Source: the human T2T-CHM13v2.0 reference genome, Homo sapiens. Taken from it: a DNA stretch of 64,000 bases. The position numbers and the translations under genes were made by a program. Each line of letters begins with the position of its first letter. Positions within the stretch are counted from its first letter, which is position 1. The stretch lies in the NCBI RefSeq assembly GCF_009914755.1, contig NC_060932.1, one strand, 5' to 3'. The notes under the pieces were generated by a model that did no database searches, was not told where the DNA came from, and saw only the letters and a program-made list of their open reading frames with translations. Shown piece by piece: positions 29,914 through 45,004 of the stretch.

Positions 29914-30714
29914 ATGCTCACCATCACTGGCCATCAGAGAAATGCAAATCAAAACCACAATGAGATATCATCTCACACCAGTTAGAATGGCAATCATTAA
30001 AAAGTCAGGAAACAACAGGTGCTGGAGAGGATGTGGAGAAATAGGAACACTTTTACACTGTTGGTGGGACTGTAAACTAGTTCAACCATTGTGGAAGTCA
30101 GTGTGGCGATTCCTCAGGGATCTAGAACTAGAAATACCATTTGACCCAGCCATCCCATTACTGGGTATATACCCAAAGGACTATAAATCATGCTGCTATA
30201 AAGACACATGCACACGTATGTTTATTGCGGCATTATTCACAATAGCAAAGACTTGGAACCAAGCCAAATGTCCAACAATGATAGACTGGATTAAGAAAAT
30301 GTGGCACATATACACCATGGAATACTATGCAGCCATAAAAAATGATGAGTTCATGTCCCTTGTAGGGACATGGATGAAATTGGAAATCATCATTCTCAGT
30401 AAACTATCGCAAGAACAAAAAACCAAACACCGCATATTCTCACTCATAGGTGGGAATTGAACAATGAGAACACATGGACACAGGAAGGGGAACATCACAG
30501 TCTGGGGACTGTTGGGGGGTGGGGGGAGGGGGGAGGGATAGCATTGGGAGATATACCTAATGCTAGATGACGAGTTAGTGGGTGCAGCACACCAGCATGG
30601 CACATGTATACATATGTAACTAACCTGCACATTGTGCACATGTACCCTAAAACTTAAAGTGTAATTTTAAAAAAGTGAAAAAAATAAAAAAATAAAAAAA
30701 TTTTTTTAAAAAAA
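29914..30714 (+). mobile_element. 5'-truncated L1PA2-like element (ORF2 C-terminus, 3' UTR, poly(A))
   Basis: Uninterrupted ORF2 C-terminus ([20 protein letters not shown]...FSLIGGN, 29942..30460). The 3' UTR has gatgacGAGttagtggg and cttaAagt rather than the L1HS-Ta ACA/G diagnostics. Confidence 0.95.
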
Positions 30715-33700
30715 AGATTTTTTTTTACTCTTTTATTCTGAGCACACTCACAATGAATGGGAGGCAGCCCAAATAAAAAGGTGTCAGGATAAATCATGTT
30801 GCAATTTAAAGCTTACTGTATATAATCTGGAATCAGAATGTTAAAGTTAAATATGTAACTTCCACTTCCATCCTCGATAGAGTAACTGGGAGATACACCC
30901 TCCCACCAAAATCAACAATAAAACTGGACAAAATATTTAAAGCAATTTTTTTCAGGCATTGAAAAATAGGTATCACAGAACTATGATCCTTGAGAGAAGC
31001 AAAACATACAAAATAAACTGCATAACAACCTCAATTTTCTGCCTGCAGGCATATTCCTTCTGCAGCACATGGAGGTGGAGCCCAAGCAAAACACCAGTCT
31101 CAATGAACCAACATGAGAACAGAGTTACAGACTGCTGAAGTAGCTGGAATTTGTAGGGCAGGATATTAAATAAGTGACAGCAGCACAGAAGTTTGCTCCA
31201 TAAATCATCATAAACCTTAAGTCTTTGGCCAAGGGCTGTGCTATGCATCTGCAGGACAAGATTCTAAAACATCTAGCAGAGATTACTGGCTCTGGGGCTG
31301 AGACTTGTATGGTGATACCAGAGGCTATAGAGTACTGAGAGATATTGGAGTTCCAGTCCAGTCATAATGGAGAGAGCTGACTAAGCAACAATATCCTTGA
31401 GTAAGGGCCATGGGTTAGGACAAAGTTCAAAACAAAAGACTTTCAGGACACAAAGGACTCATCATTAATTTAACTGACTACCAAAACAAAATTCAACACT
31501 TTTTAAGAAAAGGTGATGTAATCCAGACCACATGCAACATGTCCACATTGTTCAATATGCAACACAAAGTTACTAGACATACATAAGTAATAATGCATGG
31601 CATATAATCGGGGGGAAATTAATAGAAACATTTTATCCTGACCTAGATATGATTATAATTATATTCCAGGACTTAGAGGAAAAGATAGTCATAATAAATG
31701 CACAAGTGGTAAAAATTAGCAGAGAAATGGAAAACTATGGGGAAAAAATCAACAGTAAATTGTTAAATTTAAAAATATACCTGAAATTAAAAATTCACGT
31801 TAGGTTTAACAGCAGATTTTAAACAACACAAATAACTACTTAAATTTAAATCTAGATCAATGAAACTTATATGATAAGATCGGAAATAAAAAAGATTAGA
31901 AAAAGCAAACATAGCTTCAGTGACCTATGGTACAGCAATAAGTAACCTAACTGTAATTGAAATTCTACAAAAAGAGAAGGAAATGGGGTGAAAATTTGAA
32001 GAAATTAGAGTCAAAATTACCTATATTTAGTGAAAAACAAACTTACAGATCAATGAAGTTAGGAAACTCTAAGCTGAAGAAAAATAAAGAGCAACACAAC
32101 TAACAAGTGTAGACACGTCATGGTCAAAGTATTAAACACAAAAGCCAAAGAGGAAAATCTAAAAATTATTTAGAGGGGTAAAAGAAAAAAAAAGACAGCT
32201 TACATAAGATAAAAATCAAGACATATACACAGATTTGTCATCAGAAACAATACACCAAGAAGACAATAAAATGATATACTTAAGGTGCTTAGAGAAATAA
32301 AAACCCTGCTAATCTATAACTCAATGTTCAATGAAAATATCCCTCAAACATGAAGACAAAATGAAAACTCACAGAAAGAAAATAGCTGAAAGCATTAATC
32401 ATTAGCAGATCTGCATTGCAAGGATGAAAATGCTACCAGAATGAAAATTATGATCTAGACCAAGAAAGAAGAGTGCTGGAAATGGTAAATATTTGGGTAA
32501 TATAAACCAATTGCTTTGTCTTTCCATTACTCCAAAAGAAAATTGGTTAAGGTAACATAAAAATAATAGTCATCATGAAATCACTAAAAAAAAAAAAAAA
32601 GCAATGAAACAGATAAAAATAGCTAATATTCCAGTAAAGGAAATAAAATATGTTGCTACAAACACTTAATTTATCTGAAAGATGACAATATAGGAAAAAT
32701 ACGAACAAAAAAGATAAATAAAAAACAAAATAGCAAGATGGCAGACATAAATCTATCCACATAAATAATCGTATTAAAAGAGTTTAATATTCCAATAACA
32801 ATGCAAAGGAGCGTCACCTAACTATGAACTGTCTACAAGAAACCTACTGTGACTATAAAGTCACAAATCAAAAGTAAAAGGATGGAAAAAGATATATCTT
32901 GCAAAAACATATCATAAGGAAGCTGAAGTAGCTATATTAGTACCACACAAAGAACACTTAAGGTGAAAAACAGAGATATGGAAGCATAATACATTGTGAT
33001 AAAAAAATTCAACAAAAAAGCATAACAATTCTAAGTATTTATGTATCTAATAACAGAGGTTTACAATATGTTAATTAAAAATTGACAGAAACGAAAGGAG
33101 TACACAAATCTACAATTATAGCTGAAGATATTAGCACACCTTTTTGGGTAATTGATTACTGATTTTAAAAATAGTACAAATAGAGAAGACTTAAAGAAAT
33201 TATCAACAAACATGACCTATTAATATTTGTAGGACAGTATTTTAAAATTAGCAGGCTATACACTTTCCAATGTAAATGGAACATTTAATAAGATGGATCA
33301 TATCTTAGCCATAAAACAAGCCTCTACAATTTAAAAAGTATTTAAATCGTATAGAGTATGTTCTCTGACTACAACAGAATTAGAGATCAATAAGAAGATA
33401 TCTTGAAAATGTGAAAATATTTTGAAATTTTAAAACATACCTCAGTAATCTAGGGCTCAAAGAAGAAATCATGAGGAAAATTGGAAAATATTTGTGAGTG
33501 AATGATAATAAAAACACAACATATTAAAATGTATGGAATGAAGTTAAAGCAATATTTAGAGTTTGGTTCATATCCTTAAATGCTATACTGGAACAGAAGA
33601 GTCTAAAATCAATTACCTAAGCATCCACCCTAACAATCTGCAAAGGAAGTGTAAATTAAATCCAAACTAAATAGATTAAAGGAAATAATACAAGATAATA

Positions 33701-34920
33701 CAAGATACAATAAATCATATTAAATGAAAATTGGTAAACAATAGCGAAAATGAATAAAAATAAAAGCTGATTATTTCAAAAGATCAATAAAATTTTAAAA
33801 CTCTAACTAAACTGATCAAGGAAAAAGTCACAAATAACAATATCAGGAAAGTAAAAGGAGACTTCCATACAGATCTTACAGACATTGAAGATAATAAAAA
33901 ATTGTCAAAAATTTGACTAAATGAAACATAAAAATTCTTTGAGACACAAATCATCAAAACTGACACAAGAAGAAATATAATATCTTAATAATACTATATC
34001 TAGTAACGAATTGAATTTATCATAAACACACTTCACAAAAGAAAACTCCAGCCTTCAATGACTTCACCGGTGAACCAAATATTATAAAAATATTATTAAT
34101 CTTCTACAAAATATTTCAGAAAATATAGATAGATGTTACATCATGAGCCTGGCACTGTCTTGATACCAAAACCAGACAAAGATTTACAGTGGAGGAATCT
34201 ACAAGCAATATTCCTACAAACACAGATGCAAAAATCTTTTAAATGTATTAAAATATTAAATATAGTAATATATAAAAAGCATATTGTGGCTAAGCAAGAT
34301 TTATCCCTGGATTATATGATTGATTTAATATTTAAAAATCAATGTAATCACAATATTAATAGAATAAAGAGAAAAACTCTGTAATCATTTTAATTTATGA
34401 TTTAGAAAAAATGACATTTGACAAAAGTCCACATCAATTCATAATAAATACTCTCAGCGGTATAAAATATTAAAACAGAATTTCCTGACCCTGATAAGGT
34501 CACCTGCAAAAAGCCTACAGCTGACATCATATCATTAGTGAAAGACTGAGTGTTTGCTTCTGTGTTGGGTAATATGACAAGTAGTCCATCTCGCCACTTT
34601 TACTCAGCATTTTGCTGGAGAGCACAGCCAGAGTAAGGAGATAAGAAAGATCATTAAAAACAAAAAGGTTGGTAAGAAAAAGTAAAACTTATTCTATTTG
34701 AAGATGGCAAAATTGTGTGTAGAAAATACTTAAAAATCTACCCCCTAAAATTGCTATTTGAGCTAAGAGTGCCTGTAGCAAGTTAGTAGGACAACAAAGT
34801 CAATACACAAAATAATTGCATTTCTATACACCAGAAAAAAGCTAAAAAAGGTTTTTGAAAAATGCCCCATGTAATAGCATTAAACAACACGAAATACTGT
34901 GGGATAAAGTAACAAGACAG

Positions 34921-35273
<353 letters not shown>

Positions 35274-36599
35274 TTAACAGAGAGATATTATTGGTTTATA
35301 TTAGAAGATTCAGAAATGTCAGATTATCAATTATCTCCAATTTTATCTATAGATTCACTGTAATCCCAATGAAAATACTAGGAGGATTTTTGTAAAATTT
35401 GATTAAGTGATTCTACAATGTATTTCCAATATAAGGGTTCTACAATAGCCAAAATAACTTAAGGGGAAAAGAAAAACAAAATTGAACTACCCTAACTCAT
35501 TTCAAAACTTACAGTGGAGCTATAGTAATCAAGGCAGTGTTGGCTTGGCATAAGGACAGACATTTTGATCAATGGAACTAGAGTCCAAAAATACACATCT
35601 GCCTGTGTGTGTGTATATGTGTGTGCGTGCATGTTGAAACTGATTTCCAACAGACCAACAGACACCCATGTAAGTCCATGGAGAAAAGAACAAATGTCTT
35701 TATCAGAAAATGATGCTGGAACAACAGGATAAACATATGGGGAAAAGAAATAAACTGTACACAAAAATTAATTTGAAGTGGATCATGGACCTAAACATAA
35801 AAGCTAAACCTGTTTATCTTCTGGAAAAAAATATAGGATATCTCTACAACTTTGCTGCAAACCAAGATTTTTTAGAGAGGATTGAAACATCAGTAACCAA
35901 AGGGAAAAATAAAGATAAGCTGAACCTCATCAAAATTAAAAGGTTGCTCTTCAAAAGTCACCATTAGGAAAATAAAAAAGCAGATCCAAAATTCGGAGAA
36001 AAATTTGCAAATCATATATATGACAAACGGAATTCAATAATTAGAAGACAAGTTAACAAAAAGAAAGACTTAGACACTTCATCATGAATTATATTTAATG
36101 GCCAATAAGCACAGAAAAAAAGTGTTCATCACTGTCAGTCATCAGGGAAATGCAAATTTAATCACAATGGGATGTCATGACATATTCACTAAAAAGGCTA
36201 ACATTAAAATACTGACAACCACAAATCTTGGTGAGGATGTGGGGCAACTGTAAGTCTCTTACACGCCAATGGGAGTAAATCATGGTACAATTTACTTTGC
36301 AAAACAATTTGATAGTTTCTTATAAGTTTAAGTATACATCCATCCTATGACTTAACAATTCTTCTTCTAGATATTTACTTAAGATAAATGAAAACATGTA
36401 CATACCAAAAGTAGTTATCAGTACATTTATAGTATTTTTATTCAAATGGATCACAACAAGAAACAACATAAATGCTTATTAAAGTAGCATAAAATAATAA
36501 TTTGTTGTATAATCACACAGTAGAAAACTACTCAGTAATAAAAAGAACTATTTTTACACACAACAGTAAAGTGAGATGCCAGCAACAAAAGCATACATA

Positions 36600-36948
36600 C
36601 AGGTTGAGCATCCCTAATCTGAAAATCCAAAAATCAAAATGCGTCAAAATCAGAAACATTTTGAACATCAACATGACACTGGAAGTGGAAATTTTCATAC
36701 ATAACCAACGTGACAGGTTATAGCCAAAACTTTGCTTCATGAACAAAACTATGTAAATTATTCTATAAAATTACCTTTAGTCTATGTGTATAAGGTGTAC
36801 ATGAAACATAAATGTATTTCATTTTAGACTTCGGTCCCATCCCCAAGGTATTTCATTATGTATATACAAATATTCCAAAATCTGAAATTGAAACAGATTG
36901 ATACAAAATGCTGGTGCCAAGTATTTTGGATAAGGGATACTCAACCTG
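36600..36948. mobile_element. Tigger4/MER46 (Zombi-derived) MITE
   Basis: TIRs caggttgagcatccctaatc / gataagggatactcaacctg with TA duplications at 36598-36599 and 36949-36950. Confidence 0.92.
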
Positions 36949-38715
36949 TACTGTAGTTTCATTTATATGACATTCAGAGCAGGCAAAACTAATTGGTGAT
37001 AGAAATTGGAACACTGGTTACCTAAGTGAGTTGGAGATTGACTACAATGGAGTATGAGGGCACTTACTTTGGTGATAATGCAGTACTCTATATCTTTATC
37101 ATGGTGGTGGTAAACAAAGTTCATCACATTTTACATTGAAGACCTAACCATTTCATCGTCTGTAAGTTTTACCTAAATTTTAAAAAAATACATTTTAAAA
37201 ACTAAGATCCTATGATAATTGTCTGTTTTTATTATGGGTTTAATAATTTTAAAACCATTTTATCTTTCCCTAAATTAAATTTTTCCCATGTGTAAATTCC
37301 TCTGGGAAGGTATTGGTAAATTAACTTTTTTATACTGTTGGGATGCTAATTCACTGGGCTTACTCAAATTAAAAAAAGCAATTCGACTTTTGGATGTTAT
37401 CAATTATCTCTTACTGACTTGAGTATTTCAGTCCTTTAAGGGAATGTTTAAATCAGTCCTTACAATCCCACAAGGACCTTTCTCTTTGTCACATATTTCT
37501 CAGACATCTCCTTACTATTTTCAGTTGTTGTTCCTATTTTTTCAATTAAAATTCTGAGACGGGTAGTCAGAAAACCTTTGGTAGAATGATCCATGAAATG
37601 GCATCATGAACTAAATGTAATCTTTATATCCCATAGTAATTTCATGGGAAGTGTTTTATGTCTCTATCAGGTTCTTGTTTTCCATAAAGAAAAAGCCTAA
37701 AAATAATTATTCTAAGGATGTCCTATAGCACTTAATGTTGGAGAATTGGATTTATAGTTCCAGAAACATATGCTATGCTCAAAACTGTTCAACTAAAATA
37801 AGTAGAATTTTATTTTATGGAAACCACCTGCTATCTAGTAGAAAAGAGTATTAGCCCTTCAGCATCAGGTGTTTAACGAATACTTCCAGCAATATTGCAA
37901 GACGAACATCAAAGGCCATTGCCTTTGTACCTCAAAGAAGGAAATTTATCCAGGAAAAAAGTTGCTTTTTTAGTTGTTGTTGGTGGTTTTTTTTTTGTTT
38001 TTTTTTGTTTTTTTGTTTTATTTCCTATGGGATGTATTGCTACTTGTGCTTAAATTTGGTCTTAAAAGGGCTAGAACCATGGCATTTTCTTTTGGCTGTT
38101 ATACTTACTGATCATCTCCAAAATTATGCTAAAAAGCAGGTTAGGTTTAGTCTTCTGACACTATCATAAGTGCACTCGTTGATGTAGTATGTGACAGACA
38201 CTACTAATCCAACATTACTGATGAGGAAACTAAAACTTAAGAAAAATTTGCTTTACATTTTCACGATGCCAGTTAAATCAGGTAATTCAAGTCTTCTAAA
38301 GTAGCTAAATCAATTTTTAAATACATTCAGGCAATGCATTAATCAAATTTCCAAAATTTGTGGTTTAGCAGCATGTAGGCACATCGTAAATAACGTATCA
38401 AGTTAAGTAGAAGTTCCTGCTTAATGCTCTGGTAAGTCAAAAGGCAAAGCACATTCTTTATTACTATTCTTATGGTTTTAAAGTTTAGTGAAGAAAATAA
38501 TTTGGCCTGAAAACACCTTGTCATCATGGATGTAAAAATACAAAAAAGTTAATAGTAATATTTATTACTAGTACTAAATAATTGTATTATATTAATTATA
38601 ACTAACATTTATGGAGCATTTATTATATGCTAGGGCCTATGTATACAATAGGTCCTATTATATCTTATTATAATAAGATAGTATAATATCTTATTTGTGC
38701 TAAAAGAAAAAAAAG

Positions 38716-41700
38716 GTGGGCACAGCCCACGGATAGTGAGCAGAAGTAGGGTGGGTGTTGCTTCACCTGGGAAGTGCACGGAGTAGGGGGGACCTCCCTC
38801 CTCCAGCCAAGGCAAGTGGAGAGGGACTGTCTTACCCACCAGGGGTACCACGCTTTTCCCACGGATTTTTGCAATCCGCAGATCAGGAGATTCCCTCATG
38901 AACCTACACCACCAGGGCCCTGGGTCTCAAGCACAAAACTGGGCAGCTGTTCAGGTAGGCACTGGGCCGCAGGAATTTTTATATGCTCCAGGGGTGCCTG
39001 GAACGCCAAGGAAACAGGAGAACCATCCACTCCCATGGAAATGGGGCTGGAGCCAGGGGACCAAGCGGTCTCACTCTGCGGTTCCCACTCCCAGGGACCC
39101 CAGCAAGCTAAGAACCACTTGCTTGCAATTCCCATTGCCAGCGCAGCAGTCTGGAGTCAGCCCAGGACGATGGAGTTGGTGGAGGGAGGGGTGACCGCCA
39201 TTACTGTGGCTTTAGTAGGCGGTTTTCCCCTGACAGCGCTAAGAAGACCGGAAGGTTTGGACTGGGTGGAATTCCCCACAGTGCAGCAAAGTGACTATGG
39301 CCAGACTGCTTCTCCAGATCCCTTCTCACCGGGCAGGGCCTCCCTGCAGAAAGTGCAGCAGCTCCAGTCAGGGGCTTACAGACAGAACTCTCATCTCCCT
39401 GAGACAGAGCATCTCGGGGGAGGGGCAGCCACCATCTCAAGTTCAGCGGACTTAATCTGCTGATCTCAACGAGGGGGATTCCCCCAGCACAGCACACCAG
39501 CTCTGCTAAGGGACAGACTGTCTCCTCAAGAGGATCCCTGACCCTGTGCCTCCTGACTGGGTGAGACCTCCCAACAGTGGTTGGGAGACATCTCATAGAG
39601 GAGAGTTCCAGCTGGCATCAGGTCAGTGCCCCTCTGGGACAAAGCTTTCAGAGGAAGGAGGAGGCAGCAATTTTTGCTGTTCTGCAGCCTTCACTGGTGA
39701 TACCCAGGCAAACAGGGTCTGGAGTGGACTCCCAGAAAACTGCAGCAGACGTGCAGAAGAGGGGCCCGACTGTTACAAGAAAAACGAACAAACAGAAAGC
39801 AACAACAACGACATCAACAAAAAAGAATCCACAAAAACCCTATCCAAGGATTAGCAGCCTCAAAGAAAAAAGGTGGATAAACCCATGAAGTTGAGGAAAA
39901 ACCAATGCAAAAATGCTGAAAATCCCAAAACCCAGAATGCCTCTTCTCCTCTAAATGATTGCAACACATCTCCAGCAAGGGCACAGAACTGAGCTGAAGC
40001 TGAGATGGATGAACTGACATAAGTAGGCTTTTGAAAGTGGGTAGTAACAAATTTTGCTGAGCTAAAGGATTATGTTCTAGCCTAATGCTAAGAAGCTAAG
40101 AACCATGATAAAATATTATGGGAGCTGTTAACTGGAATAACCAGTTTAGAGAGGAACATAAATGACCTGATGGAGCTGAAAAACACAGCACAAGAACTTT
40201 GTGATGCAAACACAAGTACCAATAGCTGAATTGACCAAGTGGAAGAGAGAGTATCAGAGCCTGAAGACTATCTTGCTGAAATAGGGCATGAAGACAAGAT
40301 TGGAGAAAAAAGAATGAAAGGGAACAAACAAAACCTCCGAGAGCTATGGGACTATGTCAAAAGACTGAACCTATGACTGATTGGAGTACCTGAAAGAGAT
40401 GGGGAGAATGAAACCAAGTTGGAAAACACACTTCAGGATATCATCCAGGAGAACTTCCCCAGTCTAGCAAGACAGGCCAATATTCAAATTCAGGAAATCG
40501 AGATAACTGCAGTAGCATACTCCACAAAAGTTCTACCCCAAGACACATAATCATCAGATTCTCCAAGGTTGAAATGAAAGAAAAAATGTTAAGGGCAGCA
40601 AGAGAGAAAGGACAGGTCACCTACAAAGGGAAGCCCATCAGACTAACAGTGGACCTCTCAGTGGAAACCCTACAAGCCAGAAGAGATTGGGGGCCAATAT
40701 TCGACATTCTTAAGAAAAAGAAATTCCAACCCAGAATTTCATATCTGGCCAAACTAAGCTTCATAAGTGGAGGAGAAATAAAATCCTTTTCAGACAAGCA
40801 AATGCTGAGGGATTTTGTCACCATCAGCCCTGTCTTGCAAGAACTCCTGAAGGAAGCACTAAAACCTGGATAGGAAAAACCTATTCTATCTATGAAACTA
40901 CAAAAACACACTGAAGTACAGAGACCAGTGACACTATGAAGCAAATACGTTAACAAGTCTGCAAAATTAAACAGCCAGCATCATGATGACAGGATCAAAT
41001 TCATACATAACAATATTAAACTTAAAGGTAAATGGGCTAAATGTCCTAATTAAAAGACACAGAATGGCAAGCTGGATACAAAGACAAGACCCATCAGTGT
41101 GCTGTATTCAAGAGACACATCTCAACAAAGGTCAAAAAAGACAAAGGGCATTACATAATATTAAAGTGTTCAATTCCCCAAGAAGAGCTAACTATACTAA
41201 ATACATATGCACCCAATACAGGAACACCCAGATTCATAAAATAAGTTCTTAGAGAACTACAAAGAGACTTAGACCCCCACACAATAATAGTGAGAGACTT
41301 TAATACCCTCACAGTCAGCATTAGACAGATCATTGAGACAGAAAATTAACAAAGATATTCAGGACTTGAGCTCAGACCAAGTGGACCTGATAGATATCTA
41401 CAGAACTCTCCACCTAAAACAACAGATTTTTTTGGTGCCACATGGCACTTACCCTAAAATTGATCACATAATTGGAAGTAAAACACTCTTCAGCAGATGC
41501 AAAAATTAAAAAACTGGAATCATAAGATTCCAGTTGTGGTCTCTCAGACCACAACACAATCAAATTAGAACTCAAGATTTAAAAGCCCACTCAAAACCAC
41601 ACAGCTACATGGAAATTGAACAAACTGCTCCTGAATGACCCCTGGGTAAATAATGAAATTAAGGCAGAAATCAAGAAGTTCTTTGAAACCAATGAGAACA

Positions 41701-43533
41701 AAGAGACAATGTATCAGAATCTTTAAGAGGGAAATTTATTACACTAAATGCCCACATCAAAAAGCTAGAAAAATCTCAAATAGACACCCTAATATCACAA
41801 CTAAAAGAACTAGAGAACCAAGAGCAAACAAACCCCAGAGCTAGGAGAAGACAGGAAATAATCAATTTCAGAGAGGAAATGAAGGACATAGAAACAAAAA
41901 AAACTTCAAAAAATCAACAAATCCACAAACTTTTTTTAAATCAATAGGGAAAATAGACTGCTAGCAAGACTAATAAAGAAGGCAAGAGAGAAGATTCAAA
42001 TAAACACAATCAGAAATGGTAAGGGGGATAACACCACTGACCCAAAGAAATACAAACAACCCTCAGAGAATACTATAAACAACTCTATGCAAATAAACTG
42101 GAAAATCTAGAAGAAATAGATAAATTCCTGGACACATACACCCTTCCAAGACTGAACCAGAAAGAAGCTGAATCCCTGAATAGAACAATAACAAATTCTG
42201 AAATTGAGGCAGTAATTTCAGGTCCAGAGGGATTTATAGCTGAATTCTAACAGAGATACAAAGCAAAGTTGGTACCATTTCTTCTGAAACTATTCCAAAC
42301 AATTAAAAAGGAGAGACTCCTCCCTAACTCATTATATGAGGTCAGCGTCATCCTGATACCAAAACCTGCCAGAGTTACAACCAAAAAAGAAAACTTTGGG
42401 CCAATATTCATGATGAACATAGATGGAAAAATCCTCAATAAAATACTAGCAAATGGAGTCCAGCAGCACATCAAAAAGCTTATTCACCATGATCAGGTCG
42501 GCTTCATCCCTGGGATGCAAGGCAGGTTCAACAGATGCAAATCAATAAACATAATTCATCAAATAAACAGAACTAGAGACAAAAACCACATAATTATCTC
42601 AATAGATGCAGAAAAGACCTTTGATAAAATGCAACATCCCTGCATGTTAAAAACTCTTAATAAACTAGGCATTGAAGGAACATACCTCAAAATAATAAGA
42701 GCCATTTATGACAGATCCACAGCCAATATCATACTGAATGGGCAAAAGCTGCAGGCATTCCCTTGAAAACTGGCACAAGACCAGGATGCTCTCTCTCACC
42801 ACTCTTATTCAACATAGTGTTGAAAGTTCTGGCCAGGGCAATTAGGCAAGAGAAAGAAATATAGGATATTCGAATGGGAAGAGAGGAAGTCAAATTGTCT
42901 TTGTTTGCAGATGACATGATTCTGTATCTAGAAAACCACATTGTCTCAGCCCAAAAGCTTCTAAAGCTGATAAGCAAATTTAGCAAAGTCTCAGGATACA
43001 AAGTCAATGTGCGAAAGTCACAAGCATTCCTATACACCAACAACAGGCAAGCAGAAATCCAAATCATGAATGAACTCCCATTCACAATTGCCACAAAGAG
43101 AATAAAATACCTAGGAATAGAGCTAACAAGGAAAGTGAAGGACCTCTTCAAAGAGAACTACAAACCACTGCTCAAGGAAATCAGAGAGAACACAAACAAA
43201 TGGAAAAACATTCCATCTGCTCATGGATAGAAAGAATCAGTATAGTGAAAATAACTATACTGCCCAAAGCAATTTATAGATTCAATGCTCTTCCCATTAA
43301 ACTACCACTGACATTCTTCACAGAATTAGAAAAAAATATTTTAAAATTCATATGGAACCAAAAAAGAGCTCACATAGCCAAGACAATCCTAAGCAAAAAG
43401 AACAAAACTAGGCAATGGGTTGATATGTGCAGCAAACCACCATGGCACACGTTTACCTATGTGACAAACCTGCACATCCTGCACATATACCCCAAAACTT
43501 TAAATAATTAATTAATTTAAAAAGAGAAAGTCT
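38716..43533 (+). mobile_element. Near-full-length L1PA (about PA8-PA11) with 5' UTR, disrupted ORF1/ORF2 and a large 3' internal deletion
   Basis: GC-rich 5' UTR; ORF1 piece MKEKMLRAAREKGQVTYKGKPIRLT; EN start MTGSNSYITILNLKVNGLN; RT motif [14 protein letters not shown]; TSD taaaagaaaaaaaag at 38701-38715 and 43534-43548; appears to split a MIR. Confidence 0.95.
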
Positions 43534-45004
43534 TAAAAGAAAAAAAAGAAAAGAAACCCATCCCCAACTTACAGATGAGCCTTGGAGAGATTAATTGACT
43601 TGACTGTGATCACCTGACTCATCAGAGCCTGAGCAGTTTTGACAGCACAATTACTGACATCAGAGCCTTTGCAGTTTATAGATTTGTCTTCATTCCTAAC
43701 TTTCTTCATATTCCCCTTCCTTCTTTGGAAAGGGTTCCTATGAATATGACCTGCCAAATAAACAGATTGTAAATATAATCAGTTAGGTTTCAGCAAAAAG
43801 GGAAAAGACTGTCACTTGGACATTGAAATCAGGCTAAAAATTCAACTATGGAATTACCTTATGTCATTCTAATAAGACTCCTTCTGCTAAACTTAGCCAC
43901 AAGTGGCCACCCAAAACCCCTTGGGAAGAAATGAGCCAGAGACACAGAATTATAATTTGCTGTATTACAGAATATCAGTTTTGCCAACTGGCTCTCTAAT
44001 GTGAGCTCTGTTTGTCAAAAAAAAATGAATTCAGTATGACAGAAGTGTTTTCTGTCGCTTGCACGCTGGCCAAGAGTCGATCAACTCTGCTTGCCAAACA
44101 GAATGCCTCTGACAAGGTCATCAGCAAAGTCACTCTTAAGTGATTGGGCACAGACAATTATTATATAAGCACTCGTGGCTCTGTGTGGAAATGTACACTG
44201 ATCAATCTTAGAGACAGAAATTTCATGGATATAAAAAGAAAATAATCTACTGCATTCACGCTGTTGAGCAATTAATTTATTGCCAACAGGATACAGTTTA
44301 TTACCAACAGAATATAGACTATGCTTGAAGAAGACAAGAATTGCATGTTAATTTCTTGCTACTGACTAAACTTTGATTATTCTGTCTTAGGGACTCAAAC
44401 TAATGATCACACAACTGTGCTCTGAATTAATACAGGTAAAAAATGGTCACACATTTTCTTGAGTCAAATGATAGCTCTTCAAGCAAGAGAATAGATATGT
44501 AATTAATTTGTAAATAGTTGTGATTCAAGTCTAAGAATATCATTTGCTCATCATGAGAGTTAAAGCTCTCAAGGCAAAAATAATCACTTGCATTATATTA
44601 TTACACACATCACAAGTTGGGGAGGTACAGTGACATGGCAATTACTCAATAGTTCAGCACAGTTGACTGAGAGCACTTTTAGGAAATGCTTGGCTGTAGA
44701 AAAAATGCCAGCTTTTAAAGTTCACTTTAGGGAAAAATAATGATCTTTTGGTATCTGTCTGGCTCCATTCTTCCAGTTCACTAACTTCTATTACTCAAGA
44801 GAATTCTTAAAATAGTCAGTGTCTACTTATTCTTGGAGACATGTAAGAAGAGTCTAGGACTAAATAACTTCGGTGTTTCTTCTTCCTCTTATTCTCAAAA
44901 TATGGCTTTCCTAAAAGCAAGGTGGAAAGTTGGTGATTACTTGTTAAACTGGTGCTGTAAAAACAAAAATTTAGAAAAAAAAAGGATTAGTATGACATTT
45001 TACA

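Noticed and set aside
38774-39463. Longest ORF in the track (229 aa)
   Set aside because: It lies in the GC-rich L1PA 5' UTR, starts at a non-ATG codon and has no recognisable domain; a chance open frame.
40574-43511. L1 ORF1/ORF2 fragments as functional CDS
   Set aside because: Multiple stops, frameshifts and deletions; a dead retrotransposon.
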